Assembly (NCBI GenBank): GCA_050506795.1
Contig: JBJHCF010000019.1
Span: forward strand, 24,675 to 88,674
Direction: 5' to 3'
DNA length: 64,000 nucleotides
Source of the DNA: Opitutia bacterium
GTDB lineage: Bacteria > Verrucomicrobiota > Verrucomicrobiia > Opitutales > T3Sed10-336
The position numbers and the translations under genes were made by a program. Shown here piece by piece: positions 29,998-38,964 of this stretch. Below the pieces are notes generated by a model. That model ran no database searches. It saw only the letters and a list, made by a program, of their open reading frames with translations, and was not told the origin of the DNA. How positions within the stretch are numbered: position 1 is the stretch's first letter; the number at the start of each line of letters is the position of its first letter.

Positions 29998-31257
29998 ATG
30001 AGGCTATCTTTACCACTTTTCCTGATCGCGGCAGCTATTTCATTCCATTCCGCCGGCTTAGCGGAGGACAGGATCCTCCACACCTTCAAGAAGCTTCAGC
30101 TTTCGGATGAGTTTTACTCGGAGGGCGCGAACTTCGGTGACTTCAACAACAACGGGACCATGGATATTGTTTCCGGTCCCTATTGGTACGAGGGACCGGA
30201 TTTTAACGATCGGCACGAGATCTACCCTCCGAGGCCGTTCGACCCTGAAGACTACTCGGATTCGTTTTTTGCCTTCACGTACGATATCAACGGCAACGGA
30301 TGGACCGATATTCTGATGGTCGGATTTCCCGGAAGAGCGGCTTACTGGTTTGAGAACCCACGCGGGGAGGACCGGCACTGGGAGCGTCATCTCGTTCATG
30401 ACGCAGTGGGGAACGAGTCGCCGGGGTGGGGGGATGTGACCGGTGACGGACGGCCGGAATTGATCTTTAATACCCGACGCCACCTGGGCTACGCCCGTCC
30501 AAATCCGAACGAACCGACCGAGCCCTGGGAATTCATTCCTGTGTCTCCGGAGGGTGATTGGAGTCCGTTCACCCACGGACTCGGATACGGCGATGTCAAC
30601 GGCAACGGCCGCGTCGATCTGATTACCGCTGGCGGCTGGTGGGAGCAGCCTGAGTCGCTTGCGGGAAACCCGGAATGGGCTTTTCACCCGGTCGAGATCG
30701 GACCGGGCGCCCAGATCTTTGCCTATGATCTGAACGGGAACGGGAAGAACGACCTGATCTCCAGTCTCGACGCTCATGGATGGGGCCTGGCCTGGTTCCG
30801 TCAGATCGCCGCTGAACACGGCCGAATCGACTTTTCGCGTAATCTCATATTGGGCGAAAGGTATCGCGACAACCGGTACGGAATACGGTTCTCCCAGATC
30901 CACGCGGTTGCACTTGCCGACATCGACGGTGATGGTCTCAAGGATATCGTAACCGGAAAACGCTTCTGGGCGCACGGCCCGCACGGTGATCCCGAGCCGA
31001 ATGCGCCGGCCGTGCTCTATTGGTTTAAGACCGTCCGGACCGGTGACGGAGAGGTCGACTTCCTCCCCTTCAGGATAGACGCCAACTCAGGCGTCGGCAC
31101 CCAGGTGGTGGCCGGAGATGTCTCGGGAAACGGTTATCCCGACATCGTGGTCGGCAACAAAAACGGGACATTCGTGTTCCTGAACGAGCCGAGCGAAGTC
31201 AGCCTTGAGGTTTGGGAAGACGCCCAGCCGGAGGTCATCCGGATCCACCGGGATTAG
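29998..31257 (+). CDS. Secreted FG-GAP/VCBS-repeat beta-propeller protein
   Basis: Seven DxNG(N/D)GxxD-type loops (DFNNNGTMD, DINGNGWTD, DVTGDGRPE, DVNGNGRVD, DLNGNGKND, DIDGDGLKD, DVSGNGYPD). Confidence 0.88.
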   Translation: MRLSLPLFLIAAAISFHSAGLAEDRILHTFKKLQLSDEFYSEGANFGDFNNNGTMDIVSGPYWYEGPDFNDRHEIYPPRPFDPEDYSDSFFAFTYDINGNGWTDILMVGFPGRAAYWFENPRGEDRHWERHLVHDAVGNESPGWGDVTGDGRPELIFNTRRHLGYARPNPNEPTEPWEFIPVSPEGDWSPFTHGLGYGDVNGNGRVDLITAGGWWEQPESLAGNPEWAFHPVEIGPGAQIFAYDLNGNGKNDLISSLDAHGWGLAWFRQIAAEHGRIDFSRNLILGERYRDNRYGIRFSQIHAVALADIDGDGLKDIVTGKRFWAHGPHGDPEPNAPAVLYWFKTVRTGDGEVDFLPFRIDANSGVGTQVVAGDVSGNGYPDIVVGNKNGTFVFLNEPSEVSLEVWEDAQPEVIRIHRD

Positions 31258-31357
31258 GCGCTCTTTTTGGTCTCGAAGTATTACCCGGCAAGATTGCCTG
31301 GTCAATCGGGTTTAAGAAGACTGTCCGGTTTCGCCGCCGGTCTGCCGGGCAATGCGC

Positions 31358-32431
31358 TTACCGCTTATGGGAAACCGCTTGATCGCCGAGCTTGCCGGCC
31401 AGTGACGCCAGGGCGGCGCTGTTTTCCAAACCGTCAAGAAAGCGTCCTGGGATTCCAGACAATCCGACCTGGGCGCCAACCAGGGCGCCGGTGAGAATGC
31501 TGCGGGCCTGGTTCTGGCCGCCGCCGTTGAGAGCGTGCAGCACCGCTTGTTCGAAATCGTCGGCGAATCGCGCCGCGAGGTAGTAGGCGGCGGGAAGTTG
31601 GTGATAGATCGCGCAGGGCATCCCGTAGACGATGGACACCTTCCAGGCCGGTTCGATTGAAATACCAGGATCCATTGCCGCTTCCGCCATGTAGGACGGT
31701 GTCAGCAGGGCGTCGGGAGAAGAAAAGCGTCCCGCACGTGAAGGCTCCGGAGTCCCCGGGCGAGGCGGACCGCGGCGATCGCTCGTGACGGCGTGAAAGG
31801 GGAGATCGCCGCTTTTAACGAGGTTCATCAGTTTGCCGGAGATTTCAGTATCCATTTTTTCCCCACGAACAAGGAGAGCCAGAACGCAACAATAGGCCGT
31901 CGTCATCGCGACAATCGCTTCATCAGCCTGGGTCAGCAGGCAGTTGGAAGCGACCGTCTTTGCCACCATCGCCGGATCTCCCGCAAAGCATGCGGCGAGC
32001 ACAAGGGCGCGTTCGGCGGCCTCGGTCGTATCCGCATGCCCGCCCGTCTCGGTCCAGGGCCGGTTTTCGCGGACACGCCTGCGCCACGCCTCGCGGATCG
32101 ATTGACTGGTGTAGCCTCCAGGGCCGCTCATGGGTGTGCCGTCCAGGTGCGGAAACAGTTCCTCGTCCAGACGCCGGCAAAAATCCGCTTCGTCATAACC
32201 GTTGCTTTCGACCACCGAACGCAAAAGCAGGGTCAGAATGATACCGGCCTGGGAGAGCTGACCCGCCTTCAGCCCGGCATGATAGCGGTTGGGTTGGGGA
32301 TCGGTGTAGTCGTGAATCCAATCCCCGTAGTCACGCCTCATTTCCTCGAGGTCGTAATACCAGTGAGGGCCCAACCCCAAAGCATCCCCGATCAACGCAC
32401 CCATCACCGCCCCGGCCACACGATCCTTCAT
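31358..32431 (-). CDS. ADP-ribosylglycohydrolase/crystallin-J1 family protein
   Basis: GAVMGALIGDALGLGPHWYYD; GGQNQARSILTGALVGAQVG..GIP. Confidence 0.85.
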   Translation of the reverse strand: MKDRVAGAVMGALIGDALGLGPHWYYDLEEMRRDYGDWIHDYTDPQPNRYHAGLKAGQLSQAGIILTLLLRSVVESNGYDEADFCRRLDEELFPHLDGTPMSGPGGYTSQSIREAWRRRVRENRPWTETGGHADTTEAAERALVLAACFAGDPAMVAKTVASNCLLTQADEAIVAMTTAYCCVLALLVRGEKMDTEISGKLMNLVKSGDLPFHAVTSDRRGPPRPGTPEPSRAGRFSSPDALLTPSYMAEAAMDPGISIEPAWKVSIVYGMPCAIYHQLPAAYYLAARFADDFEQAVLHALNGGGQNQARSILTGALVGAQVGLSGIPGRFLDGLENSAALASLAGKLGDQAVSHKR

Positions 32432-32509
32432 CTTTTCAGGATAAAATACCGGCCTGTCGCGGTAAAGAGCGTTTTCCCCATCCGAAATCAAAGGCCGCCT
32501 CGGCTGCCA

Positions 32510-33667
32510 TTACCGCCCGGAAGATTTAATGTCTTCGGGGCCTGGCAGCCGCAGTTTACGGCGGAGGTAGCGTTCGCAGATATGGTAAAAGGTGATCATG
32601 GACTCGATGTCGATCCATTCGTCTTCGGCGTGCAGGTTGCCGACCAGGGGGCGTGACATGACGACGGGTATGCCGTGCGCGCAAACGAACCGGGCGTCGC
32701 TGCCGCCGTCGTCCTTGACGAGCCGTGCGGGCCTGCCGGTGACGGTTTCGATCGTTTGCCGGTAAGCGGGGTCGGGGAGCAGGCGGGTGGCTTCGGCCGA
32801 AATGATGGTTTCCGTTTCGGTTTCCGGTCCGAGGATTCCGGTCACCGTGTTCGTGATTTCGGCGACTGTGTGCGATGCGGGAAAGCGGATGTCCAGTACG
32901 GCTTCCGCATCCGCCGGCACGCGGTTTCGCGTTTCGTTCTCGGTCCGGATGAGGGTTACGGTGCAGGTGGGATGCCAGCGGTCGCCGGAGCAGGCGATCG
33001 CCGCGAAATGTTCGCGCACGGCACTCAGCCGGTCCATGAGTGCTTCGATCGGATTGACGCCGAGCCAGGGGCGTGCGGCGTGGGCCGGACGGCCCCTCCG
33101 GCGAACGCGAAGGTGCAGGATGCCTTTTTCCTCGATCGTGATGTCGTTGAGGCTGCCTCCGTCCGGTATCATGGCTTCGCCGCAGCGGAGACCGGCGGTG
33201 TTGAAAAGGTAACCGATCCCGGACTCACCTCCCAACTCCTCGTCGGTGGTGACGGCGAAGCCGAGCGAGGCTCCGGGATAATTCCGGTGAATGCTCCGAA
33301 AAACTTCGAGAAGGACGGCCAGCGTTCCCTTCATATCACCGGCTCCGGGTCCGTAGATTCTGCCGTCCCGGATTTCGGAGCGGTAGACGGAAAGGTTCTT
33401 GTGAGTGATAACGTCGAGGTGGGCGCAGAAGAGGATTTCGGGGTGTTCGCAGCCGTCCGGTGTCGCGACCAGCGACGGGAACCCCTTGTCCTCGTACTCG
33501 CGGACACGGATAGAGTCGAGCGTATCGAGGTGGTTCTTGACGAAATAAAAGCCGCGCTCCCGGTCGTCGGGGCGGCTGGGGATGGTGGGAATCAGGATGA
33601 GGTCGCGCGTGAGGGCGACCACCCGCTCCCGCAGTCGGGCGTCGTCGGTGTTTTCAATCGCGGTCAT
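32510..33667 (-). CDS. M20-family metallopeptidase/deacylase (DapE/ArgE-like)
   Basis: AHLDVI, YGPGAGDMKG, TTDEELGGE, HAARPWLGVN, GGSDARF, GNLHAEDE. Confidence 0.9.
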   Translation of the reverse strand: MTAIENTDDARLRERVVALTRDLILIPTIPSRPDDRERGFYFVKNHLDTLDSIRVREYEDKGFPSLVATPDGCEHPEILFCAHLDVITHKNLSVYRSEIRDGRIYGPGAGDMKGTLAVLLEVFRSIHRNYPGASLGFAVTTDEELGGESGIGYLFNTAGLRCGEAMIPDGGSLNDITIEEKGILHLRVRRRGRPAHAARPWLGVNPIEALMDRLSAVREHFAAIACSGDRWHPTCTVTLIRTENETRNRVPADAEAVLDIRFPASHTVAEITNTVTGILGPETETETIISAEATRLLPDPAYRQTIETVTGRPARLVKDDGGSDARFVCAHGIPVVMSRPLVGNLHAEDEWIDIESMITFYHICERYLRRKLRLPGPEDIKSSGR

Positions 33668-35096
33668 AGTCCCAGGCGAACTGATCCAGGTTTTTCAAAC
33701 GTTCAAACTGTTTCGTGGTGCCGCACGCGTCTGGTCCAAGGGCGAGGAGCTGGCACTTTTCAATCAGGCCGGCGGCATTCGGGTTGAAATTGAAGGGAAA
33801 CATCCCGGCTTCCGCCCCGGGGGCGTACAGCAGGTTTTCCCGCCGCAGCAGCCGGAGTACGTTCCGCGGAGATTGGGGCGGGGAAAGAAGCACGTTCCGC
33901 ATCTGCCAGGCGCCCGCCGGAAGAAAGTGACGCGCCAGCAGCGACGGGTAGGTCGCGCCGGTGACCCGGGCGTTAATTTCGCAAATGCGCGCGATCCGTT
34001 TACCGGATTCCTCGGTCAGGAGAAAATCGACGCTGGCGGTGCCGCGATACCCGCGCCCGTGCAGCCAGGCGGACGCCTTCGACGCCTGGTCGAGGAGATC
34101 CCTTTTGACCTGCGGGTCGTCTTCGACGAGCCGGGGAGGGGAGACGTTCCCCTGGTGGATGCTGTCGCCGCTCAGGATCTGGTCGGTGAGGTCGTATAGA
34201 GTCAGTGTGTTTTCACCGAGAAATACCTGCACGCTAGGGGAACCGAGTACCCGGAAATTTTGCCGGGAATCATCAAACCAGCCTTGGACGAGGCAGGCGC
34301 CCGCATGGAAGAGGTATTGTGGAATCTCCGCTTCCCGGCCGGTGTCGACTTTGATCATGCCGATTCCGGAAGCTCCCACGGGCGCCTTGATCACCACCTG
34401 GCGATACCCCATTTTCCCGAGGCGGGCCACGTGCCGGCGTCCCTCCTCCGGGCCGGAAGCCTTGAGGGTGTCGAAAACCGGAAGTCCGGACCCCTCCAGG
34501 AAATCCTGCAGCAGGCTCTTGTCGTTGCCCTCGCGGCTGCCACGCCCCGTGCTGATCGGCCTCTTCCCCGTCAGCTCCGCCAGCCGGACCACGACGTCGT
34601 CGGTCACAAAACCGTCGATCCATTTCGCCGGATGGCAGGTCAACTCATCGAGCAGGGCTTTCAATTCCTCCGAGGCGGGGGCGGTGGCACGGGTGTAAAC
34701 CGAGTGAGGTACAACGCGCACCTCCGGAAGGTCCAGGCCGAGTTCGTCGCGAAGAAACGCCACCAATTCCGGCACCGGTTCCCTCTCGAGGACAAGCAGA
34801 TTGCCTCCCCCTCGAAAGAGCAGGTCGATGACCGGAATCAGGCGTCCGCCGTAGGTTTCAATGCGGCCCACGTTTTCTCGAAGCAGGCGCGTCTCTTCCT
34901 CGTTCCCGAAAAACAGGGACAGCAGGTTGGCAAAGAAAACCGCGGTTCGGTCCCAGGTTTCAGGCAGCACGCCGGGACGCACGTTGATTTCGAGCGGCAT
35001 GGCAGAACGATCCGGGGCGATGGATTTGTCTCCGAAGCCCTCTTGCGGCGGGGGATTCTCGGGTGAGGCATCGACGGAGCTTCGGGATTCGCGCAT
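33654..35096 (-). CDS. ATP-grasp fold ligase of unknown specificity
   Basis: NDKS, VIKAPVGASGIG, LVQGW, SPSVQ, GYRGTASVDF, CEINARVTGATYP; alternative start at 35000. Confidence 0.75.
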   Translation of the reverse strand: MRESRSSVDASPENPPPQEGFGDKSIAPDRSAMPLEINVRPGVLPETWDRTAVFFANLLSLFFGNEEETRLLRENVGRIETYGGRLIPVIDLLFRGGGNLLVLEREPVPELVAFLRDELGLDLPEVRVVPHSVYTRATAPASEELKALLDELTCHPAKWIDGFVTDDVVVRLAELTGKRPISTGRGSREGNDKSLLQDFLEGSGLPVFDTLKASGPEEGRRHVARLGKMGYRQVVIKAPVGASGIGMIKVDTGREAEIPQYLFHAGACLVQGWFDDSRQNFRVLGSPSVQVFLGENTLTLYDLTDQILSGDSIHQGNVSPPRLVEDDPQVKRDLLDQASKASAWLHGRGYRGTASVDFLLTEESGKRIARICEINARVTGATYPSLLARHFLPAGAWQMRNVLLSPPQSPRNVLRLLRRENLLYAPGAEAGMFPFNFNPNAAGLIEKCQLLALGPDACGTTKQFERLKNLDQFAWDYDRD

Positions 35097-35132
35097 GGAA
35101 GGGTGCTTGAATTGAAAGTAATGGTATTTCGC

Positions 35133-36875
35133 TCAGTGACCCGCAGCGGCGCCGCCGGGCCTGCGCGGGTCGCTGGCGCCGTGCAGGCGTTGGCCGTCGA
35201 ACAGGATGCTCTGCGCCGCGCCGATGGTGGTTGATCGGAGGACGTTGTGGCCCATTTCCGAGAGGAGCCGTTCGGTGTCCGGACTTATACCTCGTTCGAG
35301 CAGGAGTTCGTCGGGAAGCCATTGGTGATGGACCCGAGGCGCGTGGGTGGCCTCCGCGATATTCCTGCCGTGGTCGATGACGTTGAGCAGGACTTGGAGC
35401 GAGGTGTTGATGATTCGACTTCCGCCGGGACTGCCGGTGACAATGTACGGGGCGCCGTCGCGAAGGACGATGACCGGTGTCATGGAGCTGAGCATACGTT
35501 TTCCCGGCTCGATGGCGTTGAATTCGCCGCCGATCAGGCCGTAGGCGTTCGGGACGCCGGGTTTGGCGGAAAAGTCGTCCATCTGATTGTTCAGAAAAAT
35601 CCCGGTTCCGGTCGCTATGTGACCGGTGCCGAAGCGAAAGTTGAGCGTGAAGGTGTTGCTCACGGCGTTGCCGTCGCGGTCGACGACCGAAAAATGGGTC
35701 GTTTCGGAGGCCTCCTGAAAAGCCCGCGGATTCCCCGGAGCGATTTCCCCGGCGGGAGTCGCCATGTCGGGGTTCACGCGTTCGCGAAGCTGCGTGGCGT
35801 AGGATTTCGAGGTCAATCCGTCGACGGGGATGTCGGCAAAATCCGGATCGCCCAGATGGATCGAACGGTCGGCGTAGGCGAGTTTCATTGCTTCCGCCAT
35901 CAGGTGGATCGTACGGGCGGAATTATGGCCGTATTCGGAAATAGGATACTCTTCCAGAATGTTCAGCATTTGCACCAGGTGGACTCCTCCCGAGCTCGGA
36001 GGAGGCATGGAGAGAATCTTGTGTCCGCGGTACTCTCCCTTGATGGGGTCCCGCCACACGGGACGGTAGGCGTCGAGGTCCTCCATCGAAACCAATCCTC
36101 CGAAGGCTTCCATATCGGCGACGATCTTTTCGGCAATCGAGCCGCGGTAAAACGCGTCCGGTCCTTCCACTTTGATCCGGCGAAGGCTTTCGGCGAGGTC
36201 CGGTTGGCGGAGGCGGTCGCCGGCTTCGAGCGTGCGTCCGTCCGGGTGGAAAAATGTGCGTTTGGCGTCGGGGGAGCGAGACAACTTATCCTTCTCGATG
36301 AGCAGATGGGAGGCGAGCGCGGGTGAGACGGGAAAACCGTTTTCGGCAAGAGCGATCGCCGGTTCGAGCACTTCGGCCAGAGTCAGGGTGCCATGGCGTT
36401 GCAGGACTTCGGCGAATCCGGCGACGGTTCCGGGCGTGCCGGTCGCGAGGTGGGAATAGCGCGATTTGTATTCGTCCACTGCGCCGTCATTGTCGAGGAA
36501 AAGGTCCCGGTGCGCCTTCGCGGGCGCGGTTTCGCGGTAGTCGAGCGCCAGGGCTTGTTCGCCATCGGCGAGGTGGATCACCATAAAACCGCCCCCGCCG
36601 AGATTGCCGGCCTGGGGGAGCGTTACGGCCAAGGCGAATCCCGTGGCGACGGCGGCATCCACCGCGTTGCCCCCGCCGGCCAGAATGTCCCGTCCGATCC
36701 TGGCCGCCGTTTCCTCGCGGGCGACGACCATTCCATGGGACGCGGATACCGGGTGCGCGGTCGCGGCGTCGTCGAATGGCGAATTCCCGGCGGCCGGACC
36801 GGAAACGAAAGCGCTGAGGAATAGACAAAGCCAAACCGGTGATCGCAAGCGTCTTGTGAGGTTTGAAAGAATCAT
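35133..36875 (-). CDS. ggt: Gamma-glutamyltransferase
   Basis: GGNAVDAAVA, GNLGGGGF, LDYRE, ETTHFSVVD (Thr nucleophile), LNNQMDDF, PGKRMLSSMTP, GSPGGSRI. Confidence 0.96.
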   Translation of the reverse strand: MILSNLTRRLRSPVWLCLFLSAFVSGPAAGNSPFDDAATAHPVSASHGMVVAREETAARIGRDILAGGGNAVDAAVATGFALAVTLPQAGNLGGGGFMVIHLADGEQALALDYRETAPAKAHRDLFLDNDGAVDEYKSRYSHLATGTPGTVAGFAEVLQRHGTLTLAEVLEPAIALAENGFPVSPALASHLLIEKDKLSRSPDAKRTFFHPDGRTLEAGDRLRQPDLAESLRRIKVEGPDAFYRGSIAEKIVADMEAFGGLVSMEDLDAYRPVWRDPIKGEYRGHKILSMPPPSSGGVHLVQMLNILEEYPISEYGHNSARTIHLMAEAMKLAYADRSIHLGDPDFADIPVDGLTSKSYATQLRERVNPDMATPAGEIAPGNPRAFQEASETTHFSVVDRDGNAVSNTFTLNFRFGTGHIATGTGIFLNNQMDDFSAKPGVPNAYGLIGGEFNAIEPGKRMLSSMTPVIVLRDGAPYIVTGSPGGSRIINTSLQVLLNVIDHGRNIAEATHAPRVHHQWLPDELLLERGISPDTERLLSEMGHNVLRSTTIGAAQSILFDGQRLHGASDPRRPGGAAAGH

Positions 36876-37084
36876 CGCCCTGCATTCATATTGGCCCCTT
36901 TCTAAGATTGCGTCAATTCCCGGACGAGGAATGCGCCGCAGCGATAGTGCTCACGCAGTTGAGCCCGTTCCGGCGCGAATGGAGGTCAACGCCGCCACGG
37001 CGGTGTAGGAAGCCGAATTAGGAACCCGCGCAAAGAGGAGGCAATCTATTATTAATTTAAGGACCCCAACGGATTGGCTCCCGA

Positions 37085-37660
37085 TCAACGCCCGGGAGAC
37101 CTGCCGGACCCATTGAGAGGATTGGCGGGTCGTCCATTCGCTTTTTCCCGTAAGGAGGTTCGCTTGTGCGAAGGCTCTTTGCGTTTTCGCTTTTTTCCGC
37201 TTAATTGGGCCGCAGGCTTTGAAGCGAGGGAAGATCCTGGTTTCGGCAGAAAGAGGACGAGGGTGCCGTCATCGCGGCAGGAAAGGTGCCAGTGCTCTTC
37301 GTTCACGGTTTTCGGAAGTTCGACGATCCGACGGAAGGAAACGAGCTTCTCTTTTTTATCGAAGGGCGTGCGACTCCAGCGCAGCCCGGAAAGGATCAGT
37401 ACGTTTTCGATCAGTTCGACGATAACCGAATCGCTCTCCAGGCCGGGGAGAACGAATGCGACCTGGAAGGCTCCATCGAACTCGGCGATTTCCGGCTCCG
37501 GGGCGTTCCACTCGGGAATGTCGCGGTGTTCACTGTATTGTTGGAGATCGGCCAATGCTGAGTCAAAAAACTCTTCCATCTCCGAGTCCCACTCGGGGAA
37601 AAACAGTTTTCGGTAGAGCAGGTCCGTTCTTTTCGTCATCGATCCGTGTCTCCAATTCAT
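37085..37660 (-). CDS. Hsp20/alpha-crystallin-like protein with basic tail
   Basis: PEPEIAE..FQVAFVLPGL..VLILSGLR..FRRIVELP..DGTLVLFLPK. Confidence 0.7.
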   Translation of the reverse strand: MNWRHGSMTKRTDLLYRKLFFPEWDSEMEEFFDSALADLQQYSEHRDIPEWNAPEPEIAEFDGAFQVAFVLPGLESDSVIVELIENVLILSGLRWSRTPFDKKEKLVSFRRIVELPKTVNEEHWHLSCRDDGTLVLFLPKPGSSLASKPAAQLSGKKRKRKEPSHKRTSLREKANGRPANPLNGSGRSPGR

Positions 37661-37701
37661 GCGGGATTGTCTGGAATTTCCTCCCTCTCCGGTCCGGTTG
37701 T

Positions 37702-38106
37702 TCAGGTTCCCGTTGTGACACGGTCCAAACTCGGCGGTTCGAGAATAAGGATGTCGTCGCGGTACGAAACCTCCCAGCGTTTTCCCGCAGCACCGTTCGG
37801 AAGATCGATGAGCCGGCGGAAAGGCGCGAGCCTTTGCGGGGTTTCAGCGGAGGGTTTCACCCATCGTAGCCCCGACAGAACCATAAAGTCTTCGCTGGTT
37901 TCGACGACGACGGACTTGATCTCCAACCCGGGAGCATAAAGGCGGATTTCATAGTGCCCGTCCGATTCTGAAATCTCGGGCCGCGGGTAGGTCCATCCCG
38001 GAGAATCCGGGAACCGGCTGCCGACGGTCTCGGCGATATGGGCTTCGGTGACAAGTTCCGGCGGTTTGTTTCTAACAATGGGCAGAAAAGGGTTACGGTT
38101 GAGCAT
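37702..38106 (-). CDS. Hsp20/alpha-crystallin-like protein
   Basis: PRPEISESDGHYEIRLYAPGL..VLSGLR..FRRLIDLP..SYRDDILIL. Confidence 0.68.
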   Translation of the reverse strand: MLNRNPFLPIVRNKPPELVTEAHIAETVGSRFPDSPGWTYPRPEISESDGHYEIRLYAPGLEIKSVVVETSEDFMVLSGLRWVKPSAETPQRLAPFRRLIDLPNGAAGKRWEVSYRDDILILEPPSLDRVTTGT

Positions 38107-38214
38107 ACTGGTTCCTTTCGGGTCTTGCGTCGGCTTGGACACGATTAGATAACACAGAGCGCGTTCGGACGGGAATCCTGTCCGCCGCTTTTCGAGACTA
38201 GCGGAAAACACGAG

Positions 38215-38233
38215 AACCCGGCGGAGCCGGGTT
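38215..38233 (-). terminator. Putative intrinsic terminator after the response regulator
   Basis: AACCCGGC-gga-GCCGGGTT perfect stem followed by CTCGTGTTTT on the minus strand. Confidence 0.5.
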
Positions 38234-38265
38234 TGGGGGGGCGGTGGAGTGGCGGGACTGACGGT

Positions 38266-38964
38266 TTAGTCAATCGGCTCGCTCGCGGCGAAACGAGCGG
38301 CCTGGCAGAGCATTTCGCTGTTATTGGTGAGGCCCAGTTTCTTTTTGATGCCGGCGCGGTACGTCTCCACCGTGCTGATGGCGACGCCGAGCCTGGCGGC
38401 GATTTCCCTGGTCCCCAAACCATTTCCCAGAAGGCGGAACACCTCGAGTTCGCGATTGCTGAGCGTTTCGACCGGAATACGGCCTCCTCCTGTTTTGTCC
38501 GTCGGTTTCCCCGATCCGCCTTGGGCGACGATGCGACCGATGATGTTTTCGCTCACGGCCAGATGACCCTGAAGCACTTTGCGGAGGGCCGCCAGGACGT
38601 TGTCCACCGGCTCCCGCTTCATGACATACCCCTTGGCCCCGGCGCGGATGGCTCTTTCGGCGTAGAGATTTTCGTGGTGTACCGAAAGCGCCAGCACGGC
38701 GATTTCCGGGTGATGCGCCCGGAGGTCACGGATCAGGTCCAAACCGGTTCCGAACTCCAGGGAAATGTCCACGATTACCGCGTCCGGCTCGGATTTTGCG
38801 ACGGCGGCGAGTCCCCCGGGGCCGTCCTCGGCCTCTCCGCAGAAAGTCATATCCGTCTGCTGATCGATAACGCGGGCAAGCCCCACGCGAAGCAGGGGAT
38901 GATCGTCGATGATCAGAATCTTCTTTTTCTTTTTTGTGGAGCCGGAGGGCTTGCCGTTTTTCAT
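38266..38964 (-). CDS. NarL/FixJ-family response regulator (REC plus LuxR HTH)
   Basis: IIDDHPLLR, IVDISL, GAKGYVMK, LSNRELEVFRLLGNG..TVETYR. Confidence 0.95.
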   Translation of the reverse strand: MKNGKPSGSTKKKKKILIIDDHPLLRVGLARVIDQQTDMTFCGEAEDGPGGLAAVAKSEPDAVIVDISLEFGTGLDLIRDLRAHHPEIAVLALSVHHENLYAERAIRAGAKGYVMKREPVDNVLAALRKVLQGHLAVSENIIGRIVAQGGSGKPTDKTGGGRIPVETLSNRELEVFRLLGNGLGTREIAARLGVAISTVETYRAGIKKKLGLTNNSEMLCQAARFAASEPID

